A stretch of 64,000 nt of DNA from Minisyncoccota bacterium. GTDB lineage: Bacteria; Patescibacteriota; Minisyncoccia; Phycocordibacterales; UBA9973. The translations under genes were made by a program, and so were the position numbers. Under the pieces are notes generated by a model, which was not told the DNA's origin, searched no databases, and saw only the letters and a list, made by a program, of their open reading frames with translations. Below are positions 39,446 to 51,135 of this stretch, one piece after another. The stretch is from contig JBAYFP010000002.1 in assembly GCA_041667145.1 (NCBI GenBank), forward strand, positions 14,436-78,435, read 5' to 3'. The number at the start of each line of letters is the position of its first letter. Position 1 is the stretch's first letter.

Positions 39446-40156
39446 TTAAAACTGATTAAATCTTAGATCACCCTGATAAGCTTGTCGTATGTCTGGCATT
39501 ATATATTTTATAACCATTAGTCTTTCAAGACCTGGACCAAAAGCAAAACCTTGGTACTTTGAAGAATCAATCCCACAGTTTTCCAAAACTTTAGGATGTA
39601 CCATTCCCGCTCCACCCATTTCAATCCAACGACCTTTGTACTTTAAATCAAATTCGATCGCCGGTTCAACAAAAGGGAAAAAACTAGGACGGAAACGAAG
39701 GTTTGTGTCTTGGCCGAGAACCTTTTTATAAAAATGAGATAAAACCCCTTTTAAATTTGCCATAGAAATATCTTCCCCAATCATCAACCCCTCAATTTGA
39801 TAAAATTGCATCTCATGGGTTGCGTCAGTCGCTTCATTACGAAAACATTTACCAATTGAAATGACAGCAAAAGGAGGCTTCCTATCTGATTTAGCAAATT
39901 CCTCCATATATCTAATCTGAACATTCGAGGTATGTGTTCTTAAAACTTTTCCCTCTTGATCCTTAATCCAAAAAGTGTCCTGCATATCACGTGCAGGATG
40001 ATCTTTCGGCATATTTAACGCATCAAAATTATGCCAGACATCTTCAAGTTCAGGGCCAGTTGCAACTTCAAAACCTAAATCTGTAAAAATTTTTACAGCT
40101 TCATTTATAACCATAGAGAGTGGATGCTCTCTGCCCCTTTTTATTTCTTCACTCAT
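39446..40156 (-). CDS. pheS: phenylalanyl-tRNA synthetase alpha subunit (short form)
   Basis: Class II core motifs (FRPSFFPFVEPAIEFDL; GAGMVHPKVLE). The ORF track starts at 40192; I prefer the ATG at 40154-40156. Confidence 0.85.
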   Translation of the reverse strand: MSEEIKRGREHPLSMVINEAVKIFTDLGFEVATGPELEDVWHNFDALNMPKDHPARDMQDTFWIKDQEGKVLRTHTSNVQIRYMEEFAKSDRKPPFAVISIGKCFRNEATDATHEMQFYQIEGLMIGEDISMANLKGVLSHFYKKVLGQDTNLRFRPSFFPFVEPAIEFDLKYKGRWIEMGGAGMVHPKVLENCGIDSSKYQGFAFGPGLERLMVIKYIMPDIRQAYQGDLRFNQF

Positions 40157-40307
40157 TATTAAAAATATATCACAAAAAGAGCTTTTTCCCAATATTTGGT
40201 ATAATAAAAATATGAAAAAGACTTACTGGATTTTAGTCAGTTTAACTATATTTTTTATCGCCTTGGGGCTTCTTTTAGGCTGGCTAGACAACGGTCCTAG
40301 ATTTTAA

Positions 40308-43238
40308 CTACTTATAAATTTCTGCCATTTTACAATATTCACATTCAGTATTTTTACCATATGAATTATAATTGCAGGGTCTATTTATCCATTCTCCTTT
40401 CTTCACATAATCATCGTAATCTTTAATGTCTTTAATTAAAAGCTCAATCTGTCCTTCATTTATCACAGTATTGTAAAAACTTTCTTTATCATTTTTTGCT
40501 TCCAAAAATTCTAGCAAGGATTCTTGCACATTTACTTTTTTTCTACTTTCTCCTAGAAGGAAAGAATACATAGCAAGCTGACGCATATAATCACTCATTC
40601 TCCCCTCTTCATCTATTTTTTCTATATCTGTCTTTTTACGAGCATGACCTGTTTTAAAATCTGTTACTCGCACATTTTCTTTATCGATTTCTTCTATTAG
40701 ATCTATCTTCCCATAAATATTCAAATGCGGAAATTCTTTAGAATGAATAGAGATGATTTTTTCGTTCTCTCTTTTTTTACTTATTTCTCCCAACCTATCT
40801 TTTACCCATTTTAGAACAATACTGAAAGCTGTTTTATTCCCCTCAGTTATCTTTCCTATTTCTTTTTCAGTGGGACTCTTATCTAATTTTAATATTTTAT
40901 CAATAGCACTATGTACAAGATTGCCAAATTCTAAACTTTCGCTTTTAGGTTCTGGTAATTTTAATAAATTTCTAAAATACCATTTACGTGGGCATTCGAA
41001 AAAATTATTAAGCATAGATACAGAAACATTAACATCCACATATTCTTTAGAAACCATTTCAATTAATTTTTCCAAAACATTAGAAGAATCTTTTTCTTTA
41101 TTAGATATAACATAGGTTTTTAGATCATGAGATAGAATCTTATCTTCTGTATCTTTAAAAGAAGATTTTTCAAAAACATTCCCCTGGGCTTCTAAATCAG
41201 AAACTATTTTTGCTATCTCTTGATTTTGTCCCCCGTAGGAAAATCTTGAATAAGATAATGCACAAAATCTTTTTGCTCGGGTTATCGCCACATAAAGCTC
41301 TCTTTTAGCAGCCAGTTCATCTTTTTCCTCCACTTTTGAGGCAACAGATTCCGGTAATTTAAAATTTCTACGTTTGCCTCTCATTAACCCATTTTCATCG
41401 AGGTGCGCTATCCACACAAAATCAAATTCGAGACCCTTAGAACCATGTAAGGTCATCACCTTCACGCCTTCATCACTCTGAAATACAGCTAATGGAACAT
41501 CTTCTCCGTATTCTTCTAATCTTTCAATAAAAGCAATATATTCTCCGATTGAATTTTTATTCTTTTCAGAAAAAGAAAGCGCTAAATGAAGTAGACTTCG
41601 GATTACTTCTATTCTACGGACAAGTTCTTCATGGCCTTTAGCAGTCTTTAATAAAACTTCTTCTCCGACAATTTGTATCAAGCCATAGATATCTACAGAA
41701 GAAGAATCCAAAACTATTCTCTCTAAATTTTCTGCCCAGACTTTTATTTCTTTATTTTTATTAAAAAGATCACCTTGCAGAGAAAGCATATCTTGTAAAC
41801 TAATATCCTTTCCGTGTTTTTTATACAAATATTCATGAGCAGAAAGAACAGGTATACCTATAATAGGGTCCAAAATACTTTCTGAAATTGAAATTGCATC
41901 ACTGCTATTTGCACAAATTTTTAAAACTCGCAATATGGTTTCAAACTCTTTTGTTTCAAAAAGAGATAAATTCTGCATTGAAGCAACCCTTATCCCCATA
42001 TCTTTTAACACTCTGATAGTAGAGATAACTTGCCTATTTTTGGGGACGAGAATGGCACAATTGTTTATATCGATTTTTTTGTCCTTTATCTTTTCTTTTA
42101 TTTCAAGACCACAAGCTATTATTTCATCACGTGGATAATCACATTCTATTAATTTCAAATTGTGGTTCTCTTTTAAAGTAGCTATCAACTTTTCTTTTGA
42201 AAAAGAACTAGAAAGTAAAGCATCGGCTGTATTTAAAATATTTTGAGTAGATCGATAATTATCAGTCAGAAATATAACTTTCGTCTTACCAAACATAGTT
42301 TTAAATTCTTCAAAATGCGATATTTTCGCTCCACCGAAAGCATAAATAAGCTGACGATCATCTCCTACGGCAAAAATATTTGGCATATCTATCTTTTGCC
42401 AAATCGCTTTTAATAAATTATTCTGTGCCCCACTTGAATCTTGATGTTCATCAATTAAAACATATAAATATTTTTCACAAACTCCTGCTCGAGCCTCTTC
42501 TGAATTTTCAATTATTTCTAATGCATATTTTATAGTGTCATCATAATCCATCAGATCTTCTTCTCTCTTTTTCTGTTCATATAATTTATAAAAATCAACA
42601 ATTTCTTTCGTTCTTTCTAAGCTTTCTATTTTACTGATAAACTCTTTTTTCATTTTTCCCTTACTTTCCCCACGAGTAGAAATATTTTCCGGATCTTTTT
42701 TAATTTCTGATATTTCACCCTCAATTTCTATCATAAATTCTTCTGGAGTTAATCTTTCTCGTTTTAACAGAGAAATGAGAGATTTCAATTCTTTAAAATG
42801 TCTACCTATGTCTCCTCTCGGACGGATATGTTTCCATTCATTTTCTCTCAAAATTTGATCACAAATAGAAACGCTTTCTGCATCTTCTAAAATTCTTGGT
42901 GCCGTATCAAAATCAAGTACAGAATAAAATTCATCTATTATTGAAGCTGAGAATTTATGAAAAGTGACAACCTGCACGCGAGAAGCTTCATTGCCTATAT
43001 ATTTATACAATCTATCCCTCATCGCGTGTACAGCCGAATTGGTAAAAGTGAGACACAAAACACCATCTGCTCCCACATCAGTTTTCTTTAGGATATTCCC
43101 TATCCTGAGCGCTAAAATCTGAGTTTTCCCTGTCCCGGGACCTGCCACCACCATCACTGGGCCATCTATGGTATCCACTGCTTCTTTTTGAGCCTTATTT
43201 AGTTTTTTATATTCTTCTTCAAAAATTTCACCTGACAT
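40308..43238 (-). CDS. UvrD/PcrA-family DNA helicase fused to a C-terminal PD-(D/E)xK (Cas4/RecB-like) nuclease domain with a 4-Cys cluster
   Basis: N-terminal AQKEAVDTIDGPVMVVAGPGTGKTQILALRI (Walker A). The C-terminus has GKIDLIEEIDKENVRVTDFKTG (nuclease motifs II/III), CPRKWYF, and CNYNSYGKNTECEYCK. Confidence 0.75.
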   Translation of the reverse strand: MSGEIFEEEYKKLNKAQKEAVDTIDGPVMVVAGPGTGKTQILALRIGNILKKTDVGADGVLCLTFTNSAVHAMRDRLYKYIGNEASRVQVVTFHKFSASIIDEFYSVLDFDTAPRILEDAESVSICDQILRENEWKHIRPRGDIGRHFKELKSLISLLKRERLTPEEFMIEIEGEISEIKKDPENISTRGESKGKMKKEFISKIESLERTKEIVDFYKLYEQKKREEDLMDYDDTIKYALEIIENSEEARAGVCEKYLYVLIDEHQDSSGAQNNLLKAIWQKIDMPNIFAVGDDRQLIYAFGGAKISHFEEFKTMFGKTKVIFLTDNYRSTQNILNTADALLSSSFSKEKLIATLKENHNLKLIECDYPRDEIIACGLEIKEKIKDKKIDINNCAILVPKNRQVISTIRVLKDMGIRVASMQNLSLFETKEFETILRVLKICANSSDAISISESILDPIIGIPVLSAHEYLYKKHGKDISLQDMLSLQGDLFNKNKEIKVWAENLERIVLDSSSVDIYGLIQIVGEEVLLKTAKGHEELVRRIEVIRSLLHLALSFSEKNKNSIGEYIAFIERLEEYGEDVPLAVFQSDEGVKVMTLHGSKGLEFDFVWIAHLDENGLMRGKRRNFKLPESVASKVEEKDELAAKRELYVAITRAKRFCALSYSRFSYGGQNQEIAKIVSDLEAQGNVFEKSSFKDTEDKILSHDLKTYVISNKEKDSSNVLEKLIEMVSKEYVDVNVSVSMLNNFFECPRKWYFRNLLKLPEPKSESLEFGNLVHSAIDKILKLDKSPTEKEIGKITEGNKTAFSIVLKWVKDRLGEISKKRENEKIISIHSKEFPHLNIYGKIDLIEEIDKENVRVTDFKTGHARKKTDIEKIDEEGRMSDYMRQLAMYSFLLGESRKKVNVQESLLEFLEAKNDKESFYNTVINEGQIELLIKDIKDYDDYVKKGEWINRPCNYNSYGKNTECEYCKMAEIYK

Positions 43239-43431
43239 ACATATATATTATACTCTATAAAAAAACAAAAAATAAACCCCCACAAAGAATAATTTTTAGA
43301 AAGCCTTGCGCAGGAGTTTAGAAAATAAAAATGGTACTCCATTTATTATTTTCTTGAACAACGAGCAGTTCGCTGGTGAAGCTTCGCCAGATAGATTGCT
43401 TTATAAAAATTGATTCTTTGTGGGGATTTCT

Positions 43432-43827
43432 CTATTCAGTAGTTACCCCATCAAATTCTGGGCCATTTTCTGCCTCTGCTTTTGTAGCTTTTACTATTCC
43501 ATCCTTATGATGAGCTGGAGAATAAATGGTGTAAAGTTTCAAATCTTCTGCACTCGAAACATTTATAATATTATGCTGCGCTCCAGATGGAACGATAATC
43601 ACAGAACCATCTGTAAGATCATAAGAATTGCCATCAATAATGCATTTCCCTTGCCCTTTTTCAAAACGAAAAAATTGGTCGTTATCAGGATGAACTTCCA
43701 TCCCAATTTCTTCGTTTGGCTTTAAACTCATTAAAACCAATTGACTGTGCTTCCCAGTGTACAAAACTTTACGAAAATTTGTATTTGCTAAAGTTTCTTT
43801 TTCTATATTCGCATTAAATCCTTTCAT
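43432..43827 (-). CDS. cupin-domain protein
   Basis: GMEVHPDNDQFFRFEKGQGKCIIDG...VIIVPSGAQHNIIN shows the two-His cupin motifs. Confidence 0.65.
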   Translation of the reverse strand: MKGFNANIEKETLANTNFRKVLYTGKHSQLVLMSLKPNEEIGMEVHPDNDQFFRFEKGQGKCIIDGNSYDLTDGSVIIVPSGAQHNIINVSSAEDLKLYTIYSPAHHKDGIVKATKAEAENGPEFDGVTTE

Positions 43828-43896
43828 AATATTTTATCCTAAATTATAATAATCTTTCGACTTACTTATAATTTTAACACAAAATAAAAATTCTTG

Positions 43897-43981
43897 CGGA
43901 GGCGGAGAGATTCGAACTCTCGGTGGGTTTCCCCACACAGACTTTCCAGGTCTGCGCACTAGACCGCTATGCGACGCCTCC
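43897..43981 (-). tRNA. tRNA-Ser (anticodon GGA), with a long variable arm
   Basis: The reverse complement folds as GGAGGCG/CGCCTCC acceptor, a 3-bp D-stem with GG loop, the anticodon loop CUGGAAA, a 17-nt variable arm, the T-loop TTCGAAT, and discriminator G. Confidence 0.8.
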
Positions 43982-43995
43982 AAGTTCCTACTATA

Positions 43996-44520
43996 TTAAA
44001 CTTTTAATCCCAAAGAGCAAGAATTAGTTTTTAATGCAAAAAAATCTTCAGACATCACCCATTTATTTATAAGCGGACTCAAGGTGAGAGCAAAACCTAT
44101 ATTCCCTGCTAGGTGAAGCACGGTGAAAGGAATTTGCATCACTAAAGCATTTAAAATATTTTGCCCAAACATCGGAGCAGATAAGACTCCAGTCACTAGG
44201 TCAAAAAAAATCGTAGCAAAAAATGCAAACAATGCAAAATTAAAAATTGAAGAATTAAACCTTTTAAAATAGAAAAAGGAAGCTACTCCCACAAGCCCGT
44301 AAGTAACACCTGCCGTCCATGTCCAAGAGCCAAAATGAGTAAAAAGGTCATATATGGCAATACTAAGGAACCCAAACAAAAACCCCCATATAGCCCCATA
44401 TTTGCGTCCTAGAGGCATTATAGAGGCCATTATAGGCTCCACGTTTGGTGCTCTTAGGGGAAGCAAACGAAAAAGCAGACAGCCAGTAAAAACGACAAAA
44501 ATTTTTAATTTACTTCTCAT
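43996..44520 (-). CDS. polytopic membrane protein (possibly ECF-transporter S-component-like)
   Basis: 174 aa with ~5 hydrophobic helices. The functional guess is weak. Confidence 0.45.
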   Translation of the reverse strand: MRSKLKIFVVFTGCLLFRLLPLRAPNVEPIMASIMPLGRKYGAIWGFLFGFLSIAIYDLFTHFGSWTWTAGVTYGLVGVASFFYFKRFNSSIFNFALFAFFATIFFDLVTGVLSAPMFGQNILNALVMQIPFTVLHLAGNIGFALTLSPLINKWVMSEDFFALKTNSCSLGLKV

Positions 44521-44526
44521 GAATTT

Positions 44527-47290
<2,764 letters not shown>

Positions 47291-47303
<13 letters not shown>

Positions 47304-47710
47304 TTAAATAAATTTTCTGAAAGAACAACTTTGTATTTTGCGGTATCACAATTTGCCGGTTGCCAACAAACAGTAGAAGAAACTTTTATTTCATTTGCAT
47401 TAGTCAGAGATACATTCGTGGATACTATTCGCTGAAAATTTGAATCAAAAGAAGGAGGTATCATATCTATCTGAAGATTACCCCATGTAGATCCATTTAA
47501 GGTATCATTATCTCTAAAATTTCTTGCATACTCTATTCCCTCTTGTGCCAAATATGAAGCGATTAATTTATTTTTCGCATAATTTGTATCTGAAATTCCA
47601 CTACCTAATACAGACATTACAGCAACAATTGATATAGAAAAAATTGAAATAGCCACAAGTGTTTCAACTAAAGTAAAACCTTTATTTTTATTTGTTAAAA
47701 ATTTTATCAT
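47291..47710 (-). CDS. type IV minor pilin (prepilin-type N-terminal motif)
   Basis: KGFTLVETLVAISIF is the class III signal peptide G|FTLxE. Confidence 0.7.
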
Positions 47711-48306
47711 TGTGTTCTATCTAATTGTCTTTGTGACACTGAAGTTTGCAATGAAAATGGTGTGTCCGTACCTTTGTAAGTTATTTTACCAACTAACTTA
47801 ATCGTCACAAATGGTTGTAAATTATCTTCTGCACCTACCTTTGCTCCAGTCACAAAGAATTGAGAAGTCCCATCTAAATTTATTTCTTCTGGAGTTAATC
47901 GTACAAAACTATCTAAAATTCCACCTGCAGTGGATTTTTCAATATAACCAAACCCATTATCATCTACCAACATCATATATACCCATTGTTCACCCTGAGG
48001 AGTTTTAAAAGAAATTCCCCTTCCTGTCCCAACACAATTATGAGGACCAGTTTCAGTCGGAACACCATTATCTATACAATGATAATCATACCCAATTCTT
48101 AAATTTCTAGACATATCCTCCATAATAAAACTCAAGTTGTCCATAATTGAACGCATATTTTGAGATTTGTTATGAATTAAACTAGCATTCAAGAGAGCCC
48201 CCATTCCAATCATCACAACAATTAAAAAAACTGCAATTGCAATCATTGTTTCTATAATTGTAAATCCACTTTCTTTATTATTTTTTTTAAATATATTTTT
48301 CTTCAT
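47707..48306 (-). CDS. type IV minor pilin (prepilin-type N-terminal motif)
   Basis: SGFTIIETMIAIAVFLIVV. Confidence 0.7.
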   Translation of the reverse strand: MKKNIFKKNNKESGFTIIETMIAIAVFLIVVMIGMGALLNASLIHNKSQNMRSIMDNLSFIMEDMSRNLRIGYDYHCIDNGVPTETGPHNCVGTGRGISFKTPQGEQWVYMMLVDDNGFGYIEKSTAGGILDSFVRLTPEEINLDGTSQFFVTGAKVGAEDNLQPFVTIKLVGKITYKGTDTPFSLQTSVSQRQLDRTQ

Positions 48307-48307
48307 T

Positions 48308-48928
48308 TTAATTTATTTGAATCCTTCCTGAAGGATAAACTTTTATATATGCCTTAACTGACCTATCAGAAGAAGAGACAGTGATTTGCATATAATCAAA
48401 ACTAGCAAGTGGTAAACCATCATCATATCTAAAAATGGCACTTGAGCTTGGTCTCGTAAAAGAAATAGAAAAAGATTCTGTAATTGAAGTAGCTGTAGAA
48501 CCTATATAACTTTCTATTTTAAATATAGAATTCCCTTTAGTTATTTTAAAAGAATCTAGTGTTTCTCCTACATCTGGAATATAATTTAAGGGACTACTCA
48601 AATCATTAAAATAAACTATCGTCGTATAATCGGACTTATCAAGATATACACCATAGGTTGGTTTCCAATCAGAATTTATAACAACAGGGTTCCACTTCCC
48701 AGAAACCGCTGCCTTTTGAGCCTCAACTATTTTTAAAGCAATATCATTTGCTAGATTTTTTATATCTACTTTCGCTTGGAATGTATTGTAATTGAAAAGA
48801 ACGATAGAAGTCATCGTGGCAAAAATACTTAAAACCACAATGAGCTCTACATAAGTCATGCCCATATTTAGCTTATAGCTTTTAGCTTTTAGCTTATAGG
48901 ATTCTAAATTTTTAAAAAAATAAATCAT
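48308..48928 (-). CDS. type IV minor pilin-like protein
   Basis: NMGMTYVELIVVLSIFATM is a prepilin-like motif. The leader-coding region holds a short tandem repeat at 48858-48892. Confidence 0.6.
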   Translation of the reverse strand: MIYFFKNLESYKLKAKSYKLNMGMTYVELIVVLSIFATMTSIVLFNYNTFQAKVDIKNLANDIALKIVEAQKAAVSGKWNPVVINSDWKPTYGVYLDKSDYTTIVYFNDLSSPLNYIPDVGETLDSFKITKGNSIFKIESYIGSTATSITESFSISFTRPSSSAIFRYDDGLPLASFDYMQITVSSSDRSVKAYIKVYPSGRIQIN

Positions 48929-48939
48929 TTTTTACTAGA

Positions 48940-49731
48940 TTAAAACCCCAACGGAAAAAGGTGTAACTCAAAAAGAAATGCAATCAATATGCCAAAGACG
49001 AGGAATGGAGCAAAAGGAATCTCACTTTTAATTCCGTGATTTTTTGAAAAAGCCATAAGAATGAGCCCTACTATCGCTCCTGACCAGAAGGCCACTACTG
49101 CACCAGAAAGCAACCTAGAAAGCCCTAAAAGCCATCCTAACCCCAATGCAAGCTTTGCATCCCCAAGACCCATCCAAGTGCCTTTAGAAACAAGCCATAA
49201 AAGAGCAAAAGGCAAAGCTAGAAATATCCCTGAAAGAAATTCTAGAACAGTTGGAAAATGAGGATAAAATTCAAAATTAGAAAAGAAAAATAAACCAACG
49301 AAAGCTATAAAACCAAAAATAATAGAAAGCATATCTGGAATTATTTTGTGTTTATAATCATAAACTGCAATAACTAAGAGAACTGAAAACATCGTCACAT
49401 AATAAGCATAAGAGATCGAAAAAGCCAAAGTATTTATAAGAAACACATCTTGAAATTTCAAAAAGACTCCAGCAAAAACTAAACCTGATATAAGTTCCAC
49501 TATCGGGTATTGCATTGAGATCTTCGTCTTACAATGCTTACATCTTCCCTTTAATGCAAAAAAGCTGACAAGAGGAATAAGCTCGTACCAACAGAGAGTG
49601 TTTTGACAGGTCATGCATCCACTTCTGCCACCAAAAGAACGAGAAGTATTGAATCTAAAAATAACAACATTCAAAAAGCTCCCGATAATGAGACCCAAGA
49701 TGAAAAAAATAATTGTAGGGATTAGGATCAT
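48940..49731 (-). CDS. pilD: prepilin peptidase (A24 family)
   Basis: The Zn-binding CMTCQNT...CKHCKT pairs, polytopic topology, and catalytic Asp regions (AVYDYKHKIIPD). Confidence 0.85.
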   Translation of the reverse strand: MILIPTIIFFILGLIIGSFLNVVIFRFNTSRSFGGRSGCMTCQNTLCWYELIPLVSFFALKGRCKHCKTKISMQYPIVELISGLVFAGVFLKFQDVFLINTLAFSISYAYYVTMFSVLLVIAVYDYKHKIIPDMLSIIFGFIAFVGLFFFSNFEFYPHFPTVLEFLSGIFLALPFALLWLVSKGTWMGLGDAKLALGLGWLLGLSRLLSGAVVAFWSGAIVGLILMAFSKNHGIKSEIPFAPFLVFGILIAFLFELHLFPLGF

Positions 49732-49753
49732 AAAATTTAATTAAAAATATTGA

Positions 49754-50236
49754 CTAAAGACAATCATAATCAGTGCCACCAGAAAGTTTTGAAGCTGTCG
49801 TTTGTAAAGATCTTCCTGTGCTATCCACGCACCACATTTTGGGAGACGCAACCGTACTCCCACTCAAGGGTGCCTCCACCGCAAAAGCCGTAGCACTTTG
49901 GTTACAAGTTGCAGTTAATGCCGTACCAGTAGCATCAGTAGAGAAACCCACTAACCCTGAAGCCTTAGCAGCAGCTTGGACTTGTAAACCAATCCCCGAA
50001 ACACCAAGAGTACCACTAGTACAAACACTGGTATAAGTATTTGGAATAGAAGTATTCATATTATAAAAAATTTCTGCCTGCTTCATGGCGTTATTTAAAT
50101 TTGATTTCACTGCTGCATCAACACCCTTCTTCCTAGCATCACTTAAGGACGCCAAGACGACTGAAGCTAAGATACCAATAATAGCGACAACAACTAACAA
50201 TTCGATTAATGTAAAACCTTTTTTAAAATTCTTCAT
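49754..50236 (-). CDS. pilA: type IV major pilin (PilA-like), paralog 1
   Basis: MKNFKKG|FTLIELLVVVAIIGILASVVLASL. The C-terminal Cys residues are consistent with a disulfide loop. Confidence 0.85.
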   Translation of the reverse strand: MKNFKKGFTLIELLVVVAIIGILASVVLASLSDARKKGVDAAVKSNLNNAMKQAEIFYNMNTSIPNTYTSVCTSGTLGVSGIGLQVQAAAKASGLVGFSTDATGTALTATCNQSATAFAVEAPLSGSTVASPKMWCVDSTGRSLQTTASKLSGGTDYDCL

Positions 50237-50289
50237 AATTTTATTTAAATTAATACTTAATAACTTCTTTTATTATATCATATCCACAC

Positions 50290-50335
50290 AAAACAAAAAC
50301 CACCCTGAGGATACTCGACGGGTGGTTTTTGTTTT
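50290..50335 (-). terminator. strong intrinsic terminator between the two pilin genes
   Basis: A 16-bp stem aaaacaaaaaccaccc / gggtggtttttgtttt with a 14-nt loop. On the minus strand it is followed by a T-rich tract. It lies just 3' of pilin paralog 2. Confidence 0.65.
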
Positions 50336-50349
50336 GTTATCACTTAAGT

Positions 50350-50910
50350 CTATGAAGTTGGTGTACCTGAACAAGTTAATCCCACAGTTGTAGAAGGTGC
50401 TGCTGGATTTGCTGTACAGCCATGAGACGTACATGCCGTAATTTGTGCTGCCGTGGTAGAACTTCCTCCTGTAGAATATGAAGTACATGCTGCTAAACTA
50501 GAAGCCGTACAACCTGTAGCAGTACTTAGTGCTACTGTAGTAGTCATTGCAATTCCAGTACTATCTACACAATAGTAATTTGCAGAATTCGTTTTTAATT
50601 GTCCTGACATCGCCCATGCACCTGCAATGGAATTACAATCAACAACTGCAGAACCAGCATTGGTTGCTGCTGATTTCATATTTGCTATACCCCCTGTAGC
50701 CGTACAAACATTAAGATATGATTGACTATTACCATCATAGAAAAGTTCTGCTTGTGCACGAGCACTTGTTATATTTGCCTTAATAGCTGCATCTGCGCCC
50801 TTCATTCTAGCAGAGTTCAACGATGCCAAAACGACTGAAGCCAAAATACCAATAATAGCGACAACAACTAATAATTCAATCAATGTAAAACCTTTTTTAA
50901 AATTCTTCAT
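50350..50910 (-). CDS. pilA: type IV major pilin (PilA-like), paralog 2
   Basis: The first ~31 aa are identical to paralog 1 (~95 nt of near-identical DNA). The C-terminal region is Thr/Ser/Cys-rich and variable. Confidence 0.85.
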   Translation of the reverse strand: MKNFKKGFTLIELLVVVAIIGILASVVLASLNSARMKGADAAIKANITSARAQAELFYDGNSQSYLNVCTATGGIANMKSAATNAGSAVVDCNSIAGAWAMSGQLKTNSANYYCVDSTGIAMTTTVALSTATGCTASSLAACTSYSTGGSSTTAAQITACTSHGCTANPAAPSTTVGLTCSGTPTS

Positions 50911-51135
50911 AATTTTTCGTTTCGTTTATAACGAAACAACTAATAAATATTACCTAATAATTTTTACCGCTCTTTGGCGGAAATTTCGACTATTTTTTAA
51001 TACATATATTATAACTTTTACAACTATAAAAAGACAACAAGGTTATCCACATTCTAAAATACAACCCCCTTTGTCCCCCTTATCAGGGGGAATTTTTTCC
51101 TCCCCTGACAAGGGGAGGTCAGAAGGGGTTTTTCT

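Noticed and set aside
43420-43725. 101-aa plus-strand ORF overlapping the cupin gene
   Set aside because: The opposite strand carries a recognisable cupin fold gene; this is a shadow ORF.
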